Shown one piece after another: positions 31,406 through 41,116 of a stretch of DNA of 64,000 nt; the stretch's first letter is position 1; each line of letters begins with the position of its first letter. A program made the translations under genes and the position numbers. The notes under the pieces were generated by a model, which saw nothing but the letters and a program-made list of their open reading frames with translations, had not been told where the DNA came from and ran no database searches. This stretch comes from Candidatus Hermodarchaeum yapensis (GTDB taxonomy: Archaea; Asgardarchaeota; Hermodarchaeia; Hermodarchaeales; Hermodarchaeaceae). The stretch is taken from positions 1 to 64,000 of the forward strand of contig JAEOSK010000007.1 in assembly GCA_016840405.1 (NCBI GenBank), read 5' to 3'.

Positions 31406-32059
31406 ATGATTGAAGAGCTCCTCTTTCGATACGGATTGCTCTTACTTTTCATTTTATTCATGGGAATTCGAGGCTATTATGGTCGGAAAGCCCAACCACC
31501 CGGTCAGAAGCGGACACGTCAGGAACGATGGGCTGACCAGGTCAAATACGAAAGCAAAGTCCTGGTAATCCTTCGAATTGTCATTGTCTACGCTATGATA
31601 ATGTTCATCCTGATTTGGAGCCTCGTACCTTTCATAATGCCTCCTTTGGCTCAACTCATCTTTCCTGTTTGGGTACGATGGTTGGGTGTCATAATTTGTT
31701 TACTCATGATTCTAGCGATTACGTGGGTAGGGATTCATCTTGGTCGACAAGTCTCAGGGTCTTTAGAGATCAAAACGGGTCATACTCTCGTGACAAGTGG
31801 TCCTTACAAGTATATCCGGCATCCCATGTACTTGGTGTATTTTATTTTCAATCTTGGCTTGTTTTTGATTTGTGCAAATCTTATCCTGTTAGTCATCGTT
31901 CTGCTTGGATTGATTGTAGTGGCTTCAAGAATGCGAGTAGAAGAGCAGATGATGCTTGAGCAATTCGGTGACGAATATCAGGAATACTTAGAACGCACTG
32001 GACGCTTTTTTCCACCTATTCGTAGAAAAACGAAAGAGGATAGCACAAACTCAAGATAA
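31406..32059 (+). CDS. Isoprenylcysteine carboxyl methyltransferase (ICMT/Ste14) family protein
   Basis: LVTSGPYKYIRHPMY...EE..L.QFG.EY..Y motif. Confidence 0.88.
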   Translation: MIEELLFRYGLLLLFILFMGIRGYYGRKAQPPGQKRTRQERWADQVKYESKVLVILRIVIVYAMIMFILIWSLVPFIMPPLAQLIFPVWVRWLGVIICLLMILAITWVGIHLGRQVSGSLEIKTGHTLVTSGPYKYIRHPMYLVYFIFNLGLFLICANLILLVIVLLGLIVVASRMRVEEQMMLEQFGDEYQEYLERTGRFFPPIRRKTKEDSTNSR

Positions 32060-32076
32060 AGTGAAATTTGAACAGA

Positions 32077-33360
32077 TTAAAGCGCCAGATAATGGACAAG
32101 TTGTTTAGTCATATTGATTAGTGAACTGATTGAGACACTTTCATCAGCACCATGGGCTTGCATATTATCAAGGGTGGGCGCACCGATGCCAATTATGTCA
32201 ATGGAATCAATTACTTCGTATACATAACCCATATCCGTGGAACCTGACATTCCAGCATATATGATATCGGAATCCTGGAAGCCATGGACCGCTTTGAGTG
32301 ACTCTGCGATTTTTCTAAGATACGGGCTTTCGAGATTCGTTTTAAAAGGTGGGTAATCGTGGTCGGTTTTGATTTCGACGCTAAGTGCTTTGCTTTTTTC
32401 CTGTCCTCTTTTGACTGCTTCTTCAATTTCTTTAAGGGCTTCTTCAAAGGTTTCTTCAGGAATGTACCGCCGATTAATGACCACCTCACATTCAGACGGA
32501 ACGATATTGACTTTGGTTCCTCCTCGAATGATATCAAGGTTAAACATCGGGGTCATTTGATCTGAAGGTCCCCCAAGCGATTTGAAAACTGGAACTGTTG
32601 AGATTTCAGATTCACGGACTTCCACTTCTGCTTTGAGCTTGAGGAGTTCATTCATGATGGGAATCATTTCTTCGATGGCGTTGACGCCCAAGAAGTTCAT
32701 TCCTGAATGCGCGCTTCGACCCTTGGTTCGAACTGAGACATTAAACACGCCTGCTGCTGCTGCAATGATAAGAGGGAGCTGAGCACCAAGTTCAGTATTG
32801 ATTAGATGACCTTTGATATATCCTTTTTTCGCGAGGTGATAGATGCCTGGATACACACCAAGTTCTTCATCGGTGCAGAGGCTACAGATGATGTTGAAGT
32901 TGGGGGTGAGTTTGAGCTCGTTGAGGACTTCGATAGCCACAATCATACTTGCTATGCCCGATTTCATGTCAAGGGCGCCACGACCGAAGACTTTGCCTTC
33001 TTTGATGATTCCTGCAAAGGGATCCATGGTCCAGGGCTCATCAATCGGAACAACATCCATGTGGGCGTAAATGGTGACGTCTTCCTTTTGATTATAATCT
33101 CGAGAGGCAACTAGATTCACGCGTGGGCCTTCAATTGGGTAGGGAATAGTTTTGGTAAGTTCTTCGGGAATAAGAACACGTTCAGTCTTGAAACCTAATT
33201 CTTTGAAGATAGGCTCTACCAAATCAACGAATTCCTCGTAGTTGTTTCCTGGTGGAACCACTGTGGGGACTTGGATTAATTCACTAAGTAACTTCGCGAT
33301 TCGTTCCTGCTTCTTTTCGACAGCTTCGAAAACTTGGTCAACTGAGAATTGATTTGACAT
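32077..33360 (-). CDS. M20 family metallopeptidase/deacylase (ArgE/DapE-like)
   Basis: AHMDVVP, GRGALDMK, DEE, GRSAH and AHGADE motifs. Confidence 0.92.
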   Translation of the reverse strand: MSNQFSVDQVFEAVEKKQERIAKLLSELIQVPTVVPPGNNYEEFVDLVEPIFKELGFKTERVLIPEELTKTIPYPIEGPRVNLVASRDYNQKEDVTIYAHMDVVPIDEPWTMDPFAGIIKEGKVFGRGALDMKSGIASMIVAIEVLNELKLTPNFNIICSLCTDEELGVYPGIYHLAKKGYIKGHLINTELGAQLPLIIAAAAGVFNVSVRTKGRSAHSGMNFLGVNAIEEMIPIMNELLKLKAEVEVRESEISTVPVFKSLGGPSDQMTPMFNLDIIRGGTKVNIVPSECEVVINRRYIPEETFEEALKEIEEAVKRGQEKSKALSVEIKTDHDYPPFKTNLESPYLRKIAESLKAVHGFQDSDIIYAGMSGSTDMGYVYEVIDSIDIIGIGAPTLDNMQAHGADESVSISSLINMTKQLVHYLAL

Positions 33361-33388
33361 TTTCTCTCACATTTCCTTCCCTCATTCG

Positions 33389-34120
33389 CTATTTTACTGC
33401 ATCGAGTTGCCGTTGAAAACTGACATTGATGGCTTTGATGTAGTCAGCGCGGGGCACGATTTCTCGACTAATAGTGTTTAACGTGGCTGGTCTAATGGTA
33501 CCTGATTGAACGAGTTCTCTTCCGGCTTGTTTGATAGCCTTGAAGATGTCGTCAACTTTGATTCCCATTTGTTTGAACACTTGGAGTTGGGCACCCATGG
33601 GACGAAGAATTGCGCCAACGAATTCACAATTTAAATTCTTACAGTACGCGTTGACATGGGCAATCAGTGGATCAAAATTATCCAATTCTGTAAAACCCGA
33701 AACCGAAACAAGGACGACCTTGTTCTGTTTACGATCACCTAAAGGTGGATGACGGCAATGATCATCACGAACCTCAAAGAAAGGTTGTACTAACGGAATC
33801 GACCGATCCAGTACCGCCTTTAGCGTGCTTGTCATCCCGTCAACGAAAACTGGTGTGGCTAGGATTAACACATCTGCGGTTTGGTGTTTCGTTAAGAGTT
33901 CTGCCATGTCATCATTGTGAACGCATTTTCCAGGAGTTTTTACCCAGCAGGTGAAACAACCAAGACAGGAATTCACTTTCAAGTCATCGACATATATTAG
34001 ATCAATTTCTGCTCCTGCTTCCTTTGCACCTTCCAGGAAGGTATTGAGAAGTAGGGCAGTTCCACCACGGTCTTTTCGTGGACTACTGTTGAGAGCTAAA
34101 ATCTTCAACGCTTCTTGCAC
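33389..34120 (-). CDS. Flavodoxin-family iron-sulfur flavoprotein
   Basis: NSSPRK, CLGCFTCW..TPGKC and ATPVF motifs. Confidence 0.88.
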   Translation of the reverse strand: MQEALKILALNSSPRKDRGGTALLLNTFLEGAKEAGAEIDLIYVDDLKVNSCLGCFTCWVKTPGKCVHNDDMAELLTKHQTADVLILATPVFVDGMTSTLKAVLDRSIPLVQPFFEVRDDHCRHPPLGDRKQNKVVLVSVSGFTELDNFDPLIAHVNAYCKNLNCEFVGAILRPMGAQLQVFKQMGIKVDDIFKAIKQAGRELVQSGTIRPATLNTISREIVPRADYIKAINVSFQRQLDAVK

Positions 34121-34161
34121 CTTTACGTGTACTCTGATGAATTCAAGTTTATCATATGCTT

Positions 34162-34373
34162 CGAGAAAACCCTGTCCTGTCAGGGCGGGGGTGAATCGTG
34201 AAGTTTAAATAGGTTTCTAGAATTCCCTAGTCGAGGTCCCGGTCAGCGGTCCGAGAACCAAGGCACCATGACCGGGCAACATCGCCGGAACGGCGAGTAG
34301 AGCCTGTGGACCAGTCGACACTGGTCGATGGAATGAAACAGGAAGCTTCGTCCCTCAGGGCGGGGTAGTTCAC
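34162..34373 (+). mobile_element. Non-autonomous IS200/IS605 mini-element (left end + TATA + omegaRNA-like scaffold + right end)
   Basis: Left end CGAGAAAACCCTGTCCTGTCAGGGCGGGGGTGAATCG; right end GGAAGCTTCGTCCCTCAGGGCGGGGTAGTTCAC, the same end type as the tnpB element; no substantial ORF. Confidence 0.82.
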
Positions 34374-34393
34374 AACCCCAAACACCGGATAAG
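34233..34393 (+). ncRNA. Putative stand-alone omegaRNA (TnpB guide scaffold plus flanking guide)
   Basis: TTTAAATA at 34204; stems CCCGGTCA/TGACCGGG, TCGCCG/CGGCGA, CCTGT/ACAGG and the right-end hairpin. Boundaries are estimated. Confidence 0.55.
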
Positions 34394-34399
34394 GAACAA

Positions 34400-34846
34400 A
34401 TGAGGTTTTGCCTTATGTCATATTTCCGAATCTGGCGCTATTGGCTCTTGGGCGTGAGTGTTTTCATTACTGCCTTTGGTTTGTTTATGGCGCTTCTTAA
34501 TCACACGATTTTGTTTTCATTCTTCAATACTCAAATTAATCCCGCGTTTTGGGGTTCCACACCTGTTCCGGCACCTGCCCAAGCGTTCCAAGGTTGGATT
34601 TATGGGGCTTGGGGCGCCACGGTGATGGGGTGGGGGGTTACAATGATTTTCATTGCCTACTATCCTTTTGGTCAACAGGAACGATGGGCATGGAAAGCTG
34701 TCCTCGTCAGCGTCTTATCATGGTACATTATTGATACCACGATCTCCTGGCTGTTTGCTGTCATCATCAATGTAATTTTTAATACAACTATTCTGATACT
34801 GGTGATCATTCCCTTACTCTTTACCTGGCAAGAGATGTCAAATTGA
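34400..34846 (+). CDS. Membrane protein (4 TM), hypothetical
   Basis: Hydrophobic; GA..MGWG...W.W...WY..DT.IS pattern. Confidence 0.75.
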   Translation: MRFCLMSYFRIWRYWLLGVSVFITAFGLFMALLNHTILFSFFNTQINPAFWGSTPVPAPAQAFQGWIYGAWGATVMGWGVTMIFIAYYPFGQQERWAWKAVLVSVLSWYIIDTTISWLFAVIINVIFNTTILILVIIPLLFTWQEMSN

Positions 34847-34905
34847 ACTTGAATCCTTTTCCGACAAGGTAAAAAAGCGGTGAACGTCCTTACATCGACG
34901 TTCAA

Positions 34906-35733
34906 GTGGAGATGACACTGTTGAAATCTACTCGTTCAATTTCAATTCTGAAGTGTATGGAAACCCATTGTGAAGAAATTGAAGATGTGGTCGCTCATGA
35001 GTTAGGATTGAGAATTCTTCTCACGGATTCGATGGGTGAAGAAAGTTTTGCTCTGGTTCATACGTTGCCAACAGAATTTGACTCACTCATCATTGGGTTA
35101 CTGTTTACTTCGCGTTTGATTTCTTCTCCTGGGGATGTTGTTCAAATCCGCACCCGAAGCCAACTTGCTAAAGTACGTCTATCAGATGAAAGTGCATTCC
35201 GGGACAAACTCAATTCAATCCGGGCAACTGCACGGATTGTTATGGGCATTTGTGGACCTGAAGAAGGGGCCTTAGGTACGTGGCGTGCTTGTGATGTTCC
35301 TGCAATTGAAACATCAATGAAAATATCACCTTCGATTATCCGGCAAGCAATTCAAAATCTGAATAACGAAATGGTGTTGTATCGACAGACAGGAGGTACA
35401 CATGGCGCCGCATTGGTTGACACTGAAGGTAATGTTATTAAGCTCGCTGAAGATGTGGGTCGCCATAGTGCGATTGATCGCGTCATCGGGAAAGCGTTAT
35501 TGGATAATATGAATTTGTCAAATCTGATTTTGGTATGTTCCGGGAGACTGACGGGTGACCTAGTTTTGAAAGCTGCAGTTGCGAGAATTCCTCTAATCGC
35601 TTCAATCAGTGCAGGTGTATTCTCAGGCATTGAGCTCGCTGATGCTGCAGGCGTTACGCTTATTGGGTTTGTTCGGGGTGCACGTATGAATGTCTACACG
35701 CACCCTAGTCGGTTGGTGTTTTCGTCAGTCTAG
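34906..35733 (+). CDS. fdhD: Formate dehydrogenase accessory sulfurtransferase FdhD
   Basis: TGGTHGAAL, EDVGRHSAIDRVIG, SGRL and LIGFVRG.RMNVY motifs. Confidence 0.9.
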   Translation: MEMTLLKSTRSISILKCMETHCEEIEDVVAHELGLRILLTDSMGEESFALVHTLPTEFDSLIIGLLFTSRLISSPGDVVQIRTRSQLAKVRLSDESAFRDKLNSIRATARIVMGICGPEEGALGTWRACDVPAIETSMKISPSIIRQAIQNLNNEMVLYRQTGGTHGAALVDTEGNVIKLAEDVGRHSAIDRVIGKALLDNMNLSNLILVCSGRLTGDLVLKAAVARIPLIASISAGVFSGIELADAAGVTLIGFVRGARMNVYTHPSRLVFSSV

Positions 35734-36545
35734 CGAACAAAGGTTTTCTTGTCAAGACGGTCATTGAAACTGATTTGTTCCATGCATTCATCACAAAGGG
35801 CTTGGGCTTCTGCGGGGATACCATATTTCTCGAAGAACTTGACAATGTTTGTGATATCTCGGAGAAGGATAGGACGGCCCTTCTTTAGAGCTCTGTGACG
35901 GTTGGGTCGTGATGCAAAATCGATTGCTTGTGGAAAATCGATGATCCATGGTTCATTTTGGAAGTACAATATGTTGAAGGCGGACAGGTCTCCGTGAATG
36001 ATGAATACTCGGTAGATGGCAAAGATTTGGTCGATGATTGAGTTGAAGATTCGTTTGGGGTGCTCAATCTGGACGTCTTTGAGCAGTGGTGCGGGTGTTC
36101 CATTTTCACCAAGAAATCGGGCGGTAAACATGTTATCGATATGACGGGCAGGAGTGGGAACCTTTACACCGGCACGAAAGACGCGATCTAAGATCCAGAA
36201 TTCACGAGATGCCCAATAACTCATGATATCCTTGGAATAGCCGACTTTCCCACCACCCATTTTCTTACGTTTCCCTCCCTTTGCGTGCGGTGTGGCATAG
36301 AGGCGATAGACTTTCAGGGCGAGAGGGAAATCATACCATAGTGCATGGAAGACGGTAGCTTCTTTTCCTGCACTAATAGTTCCTTTAACGTCCGTCGCGA
36401 GTTGTGTGGCTAGTGCTTCCACTCGAACGGACGTCAGAGTGATTTCAGGCAGATCTTCAAGGCGTCCTCGTTGCCCCTCGATTTTGCTGGTCTGACGTTG
36501 CGCTAGACTGCGCTTACTGATGTATGGGCTTGGTTGATTTGGCAC
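35730..36545 (-). CDS. RIO-family atypical protein kinase
   Basis: ISAGKEATVF, ALKVY, IHGDLSAFNIL and IIDFPQA motifs. Confidence 0.92.
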   Translation of the reverse strand: MPNQPSPYISKRSLAQRQTSKIEGQRGRLEDLPEITLTSVRVEALATQLATDVKGTISAGKEATVFHALWYDFPLALKVYRLYATPHAKGGKRKKMGGGKVGYSKDIMSYWASREFWILDRVFRAGVKVPTPARHIDNMFTARFLGENGTPAPLLKDVQIEHPKRIFNSIIDQIFAIYRVFIIHGDLSAFNILYFQNEPWIIDFPQAIDFASRPNRHRALKKGRPILLRDITNIVKFFEKYGIPAEAQALCDECMEQISFNDRLDKKTFVR

Positions 36546-36893
36546 TTTTTTCTAACCTTTCTTATGGTGAGTTTCGCCTCTCCACCAATTTCCAAGAGCT
36601 AGTAGGGTCAGATATCTTAACTACTCTGTGCTCTGGAGCTGCGGATTGGCAACTGATGTCCCTTTAAAAAATGGGTTCAACTAGTGCCTGTCTCGGGAGG
36701 CAGCGATTACACCATCTCCATCGACAGAGCAGGTCCTTTGAATTGAAAATTCTATTACCGGCATAAACGCAATACACCTCCATGAAAACAAAATCATGTA
36801 CACGGGAATTACCCATTGCGATATAAATGAATTACGGTATGTTTTGGACCCATCGCCCAAGCACTTTTTAACTGACTAAACGAATTCAAAATA

Positions 36894-37751
36894 TTGGTGC
36901 TTCCAATGGGTCGTAGCGCTTTCGCTGTTCTTATTGGGATTATTTTTACTTTTGGTTTAACTCTTCTTGCGGGACTCGTTTATTTCCCTTTGAATATTGC
37001 CATGTGGCTTCCCTTTGTGGGATTTATACTAGGATGTCTAGTCATCGGTGTGGTCGGGCGGTTCCGTATATTACATTTACTTCTCCTTTCTTTCGTCATT
37101 TACTTAGGGCTCATGGTGTTTCTTGCAGCCAACGTCTCACTGTGGACGGGTTTAGATTTTGGACTCTATTCGTTTGGTCGAATTGAACAAGCTTGGTCAC
37201 TCTTTATGGTATTCTTAGGTTCCATTCCCTTTATGGAGCTCCTTACTCAACAGGCCGCTTCTCTACGACTTATGTTCAGCGATTCCATTCTAGCAGTTTT
37301 TCTTGAATTCGCCGTTGCATCAATGCTCGTCCTTATCGTAGGGCTCATTATTACAATGATCGGCGGGTATTTCACTCGCTCATCGACACTCCATGTGGTG
37401 AGTGCTCCCGAACCTCCAGCAGAGGTTCCCGGGCCTGCGGTGCCGGCAACCGCACCACCAATGCAAGAACCCGCTCCTACCTTACCAGCTACAGTGCCTC
37501 CGGCTGAATATACTGCCATGGAAGCACCACCACCTACCTTGCCCGAACCTCAACCAGTCGAGGATGCACCGCCACTACCGTCAGATGCAAACCCTGCTGC
37601 TGCAGCAATTGCAGGGCTAAAAGGAAAGGCGACTAAGCACCTCAAAGGTACAGGTCAGAAGGCACCTGCTGGTCAATCTCGCTGTCCCCATTGTAACGCC
37701 ACTGTAATTCGTGGTTCTCGTTTCTGTAATGCTTGTGAGCGAGAAATTTAG
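36894..37751 (+). CDS. Membrane protein with Pro-rich linker and C-terminal zinc ribbon
   Basis: TM helices, Pro-rich tract, CPHC...FCNAC. Confidence 0.8.
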   Translation: MVLPMGRSAFAVLIGIIFTFGLTLLAGLVYFPLNIAMWLPFVGFILGCLVIGVVGRFRILHLLLLSFVIYLGLMVFLAANVSLWTGLDFGLYSFGRIEQAWSLFMVFLGSIPFMELLTQQAASLRLMFSDSILAVFLEFAVASMLVLIVGLIITMIGGYFTRSSTLHVVSAPEPPAEVPGPAVPATAPPMQEPAPTLPATVPPAEYTAMEAPPPTLPEPQPVEDAPPLPSDANPAAAAIAGLKGKATKHLKGTGQKAPAGQSRCPHCNATVIRGSRFCNACEREI

Positions 37752-38076
37752 TGGAGCAGTCAAACTCGGCGGATTTTTGCCTGTGAGACGTGTGTATGGC
37801 TTCCGTCGCAGAATATGTAATTATAGATAACATTTATATAGAAGGAAGAGCTGTTCGGGGCTACTCGAAACCTTAAAAAAGTTTCGTCATGCTGCGCGGG
37901 GTTACTCCCTGATATAACATGCTGTCTCTCTCTCCGTAGGTATCTTGTCATGAGGTAGGAGAGGTTCTAACCAAATTACAGTTCCCTGCCCAAAATCCTC
38001 TTTGAGGATGTGCATCAGTCTAATCGGAGATTAGATTCGCCACCGCGCACTCATCAGAATCATTGGTAGATTACAA

Positions 38077-39045
38077 ATGGCAAATCCTGCTCAAACTTCA
38101 ACCCAATCTCGGTCCCAACGATTCCGGGACGCTACCGAGGCGGTAGTAGGGTGCTCGGACTGCGGTACAGCACAGGTGATTCGTGATCCTGTTCGAGGTG
38201 AGGTAATTTGCACCAATTGTGGACTTGTGCTTGATTCACACATGGTTGACCATGGACCAGAATGGCGAGCTTTCACCAGTGAAGAGCGTGACCGTCGTGC
38301 ACGCACAGGTGGGCCGATTGATTTCACTCGTCATGATAAGGGTCTTAGCACTACCATCGATTGGCGTGACCGTGATGCCAGTGGGCGAAAACTTGCTCCT
38401 GGATTACGGGCGCAAATTTATCGACTTCGAAAATGGCAAATCCGGACACGGGTACATTCCAGTATTGACCGGAATCTAGCCCGTGCTATGAGTGAACTTG
38501 ATCGAATCACGAGTCAACTCAGCGTTCCTCGTCCTGTTAAAGAAGCTTCGGCGATTCTTTATCGTCGGACCGTTGAACGGCACTTAATTCGTGGTCGCAG
38601 CATTGAGGCTATGATTGCAGCCTGTGTATATGCTGGTTGCCGTTTACGACAAGTCCCCCGGACCCTTGATGAAATTGCCCATCACAGTCGTATCAATCGG
38701 AAGGAGCTTGGACGGTGTTACCGTCTTCTTCTTCGAAAGCTTGATATGCGAGTGCCCATCGCACAACCCGCGGATTTTGTACCTCGGTTTGCACAAGCGT
38801 TAGAGCTCAGTAGCCGGTCACAGCGGCGTGCGATTGACATTCTCGACAAGGCAAAGGCCAAGGGGATTACTGCGGGTAAAGATCCCACGGGGTTGGCTGC
38901 AGCGACTCTATATATCGCTTCGATTCAAGAGGGTGAACGTCGGACCCAACGTGAAATTGCAAATATTGCTCGTGTCACGGAAGTGACGGTACGCAATCGG
39001 TACAAAGAAATGGTTCGGGTTCTGAATCTTCAAGTTGAGATCTAA
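38077..39045 (+). CDS. tfb: Transcription initiation factor IIB (TFB), copy 1
   Basis: Zn ribbon CSDC...CTNCG, GPEWRAF, cyclin repeats, TEVTVRNRYKE. Confidence 0.97.
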   Translation: MANPAQTSTQSRSQRFRDATEAVVGCSDCGTAQVIRDPVRGEVICTNCGLVLDSHMVDHGPEWRAFTSEERDRRARTGGPIDFTRHDKGLSTTIDWRDRDASGRKLAPGLRAQIYRLRKWQIRTRVHSSIDRNLARAMSELDRITSQLSVPRPVKEASAILYRRTVERHLIRGRSIEAMIAACVYAGCRLRQVPRTLDEIAHHSRINRKELGRCYRLLLRKLDMRVPIAQPADFVPRFAQALELSSRSQRRAIDILDKAKAKGITAGKDPTGLAAATLYIASIQEGERRTQREIANIARVTEVTVRNRYKEMVRVLNLQVEI

Positions 39046-39322
39046 AGCCTGACGGGTCTCAACCCTTTCCCTTCTTTTAATATCTCTCTAGGATAGTGAG
39101 GGAAAAAAGAAAACATTTAAATATTTGTTTTACTAATAATTTAATGGGAAAGTTTATAAGGTTATCGAAGAGGAACGCGGTGCAACTTGCAATAACCCGC
39201 TAGATATCCTGCCACGTCAGGTCTCTTTAAAGACCTCTACGCACTATTTCCGCCCACATAATGCTTAGACACAATATACTGTGTATCTTAACCTTCCCTC
39301 TCCATCACTAGTAGGAGGAAGT

Positions 39323-40291
39323 ATGTATATGGCAAAACATTCATCCGTTCATGACAATAATCGGCTCACCTTCGAGGAAAAAGACGAGCATCCCCGGTGT
39401 ACAGATTGTGGGAGCTCTGAAGTAGTTCGAGATGGGAGCCGAGGGGAAGTCGCATGCGCGAACTGTGGGTTAGTCCTAGCTTCTAATGCTATTGATTCAG
39501 GACCCGAATGGCGAGCATTCACTAGCGAGGAAAGGGATAAACGCGCACGTACAGGAAGCCCCATTAATTATGCTCTTCAAGATCACGATTTAAGCACCAC
39601 GATTGACTGGCGGAACCGGGATGCAGCTGGTCGTCAGATTTCTACCAGTCGGCGAGCTGAAATTTACCGGCTTCGCAAATGGCAACGGCGTTCACGTGTT
39701 CATTCCAGCATTGAGCGGAATTTGGCTAGTGCCATGAGTGAATTGGATCGGCTGAGTAGCCAGCTGGGTGTTTCGCGAACCGTCAAGGATACAGCGGCTG
39801 TTATGTATCGGCGTGCTTTGGAACGGCGACTCATTCGTGGTCGTAGCATTGATGCAATGATTGCTGCAGCGATGTATGCAGCTTGTCGTCTCCGAGAAGC
39901 TCCATGTACTCTTGATGAAATTGCCTATCACAGTCGCATTAATCGGAAGGAACTCGGTCGATGCTATCGGCTCCTACTCCGACGATTAGATGTTCGTATG
40001 CCCGTCTCGCAACCCACTAACTTCATCCCACGATTCGCGAACAGTCTGGGACTCAGTAGTCGAGTACAACGTCGAGCTATCCAGATTCTCGATGACGCCA
40101 AAGCTAAAGGTATAACCGCTGGTAAAGATCCCACCGGCCTGGCGGCGTCAGCTCTCTATATTTCAGCAATAATGGAGGGCGAACGACGCACGCAACGCGA
40201 AATCGCTGAAATAGCCCATGTCACTGAAGTCACAGTCCGAAACCGCTACAAAGAACTTGTCCGCGAACTCCAGCTTGCTGTCGAATTCTAG
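39323..40291 (+). CDS. tfb: Transcription initiation factor IIB (TFB), copy 2
   Basis: Same motifs as copy 1. ATG at 39323 or 39329 behind GGAGG is preferred over the track's GTG at 39281. Confidence 0.97.
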   Translation: MYMAKHSSVHDNNRLTFEEKDEHPRCTDCGSSEVVRDGSRGEVACANCGLVLASNAIDSGPEWRAFTSEERDKRARTGSPINYALQDHDLSTTIDWRNRDAAGRQISTSRRAEIYRLRKWQRRSRVHSSIERNLASAMSELDRLSSQLGVSRTVKDTAAVMYRRALERRLIRGRSIDAMIAAAMYAACRLREAPCTLDEIAYHSRINRKELGRCYRLLLRRLDVRMPVSQPTNFIPRFANSLGLSSRVQRRAIQILDDAKAKGITAGKDPTGLAASALYISAIMEGERRTQREIAEIAHVTEVTVRNRYKELVRELQLAVEF

Positions 40292-40357
40292 TCAAAGTTG
40301 TGACCAGCTAGACTTAAAAAAGCAGTAGAGCATTGGGAGTCGCGGAGGCTCTCTTTT

Positions 40358-40894
40358 TTGGTTGAACAGATTGTTTTTGAAAAACTCTCCCGCGAAGAAC
40401 TACTCAAAATCATCGACATGTATGCCAAGAACTGGCTAGCAATTGATGGCACCTGGTTTCTTGCGGCAGAACAAAAATTTGATCTAGACACAGCTCTCGA
40501 GTTAGACACGGAATCATGGCGTCGGTTTTCTCCGGTCGAAGCGCAACGCATCATGAAGGAAATCGGTATACCTCCTAACTCCGGTTTAGAGGGGTTGAAA
40601 AAAGCTCTTCAGTATCGCGTCTATGCCCGATTGAACAAACAGTCTATCGAGGAAGTTGATGCAACACGATTCATTTATCGGATGGAAAAATGTCGGGTTC
40701 AAGAAGCACGGAAACGAAAAGGGCTCCCAGATTTTCCCTGCAAATCAGTAGGTTTAGTTGAATACACAGAATTTGCTAAAACCATCGATCCACGAATAAC
40801 GACTCGGTGTCTAGGTTGTCCACCAGATCCACATCCTGATGAGTGGTGGTGTGCATGGGAATTTACACTTCATGATCATAATATAACGACCTAA
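40358..40894 (+). CDS. DUF6125-like / V4R-fold protein
   Basis: KNWLAIDGTWF, CRVQ.AR..KGL..FPC and C..CPPD.HP..W.C.WEF pattern. Confidence 0.75.
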   Translation: MVEQIVFEKLSREELLKIIDMYAKNWLAIDGTWFLAAEQKFDLDTALELDTESWRRFSPVEAQRIMKEIGIPPNSGLEGLKKALQYRVYARLNKQSIEEVDATRFIYRMEKCRVQEARKRKGLPDFPCKSVGLVEYTEFAKTIDPRITTRCLGCPPDPHPDEWWCAWEFTLHDHNITT

Positions 40895-41116
40895 AATACA
40901 AATGAGCTGCTCTTCTAAAGCATCCAGGAAAGTGATCTCATAAGTTCTATTGCTTTGATTTTCTTTTTAATTTCTTGAACAGCAAGTCGAGTATCCAGAA
41001 ATTAATTGTTCTTTTTTTCAGGCATTTTTTTCAAAGGAAATATTTAATATCAATCATTTCCAGCAATACATTTTATTGAAGAATTCATCTATTTTAATAT
41101 CGAGAGTGAGGATTCA

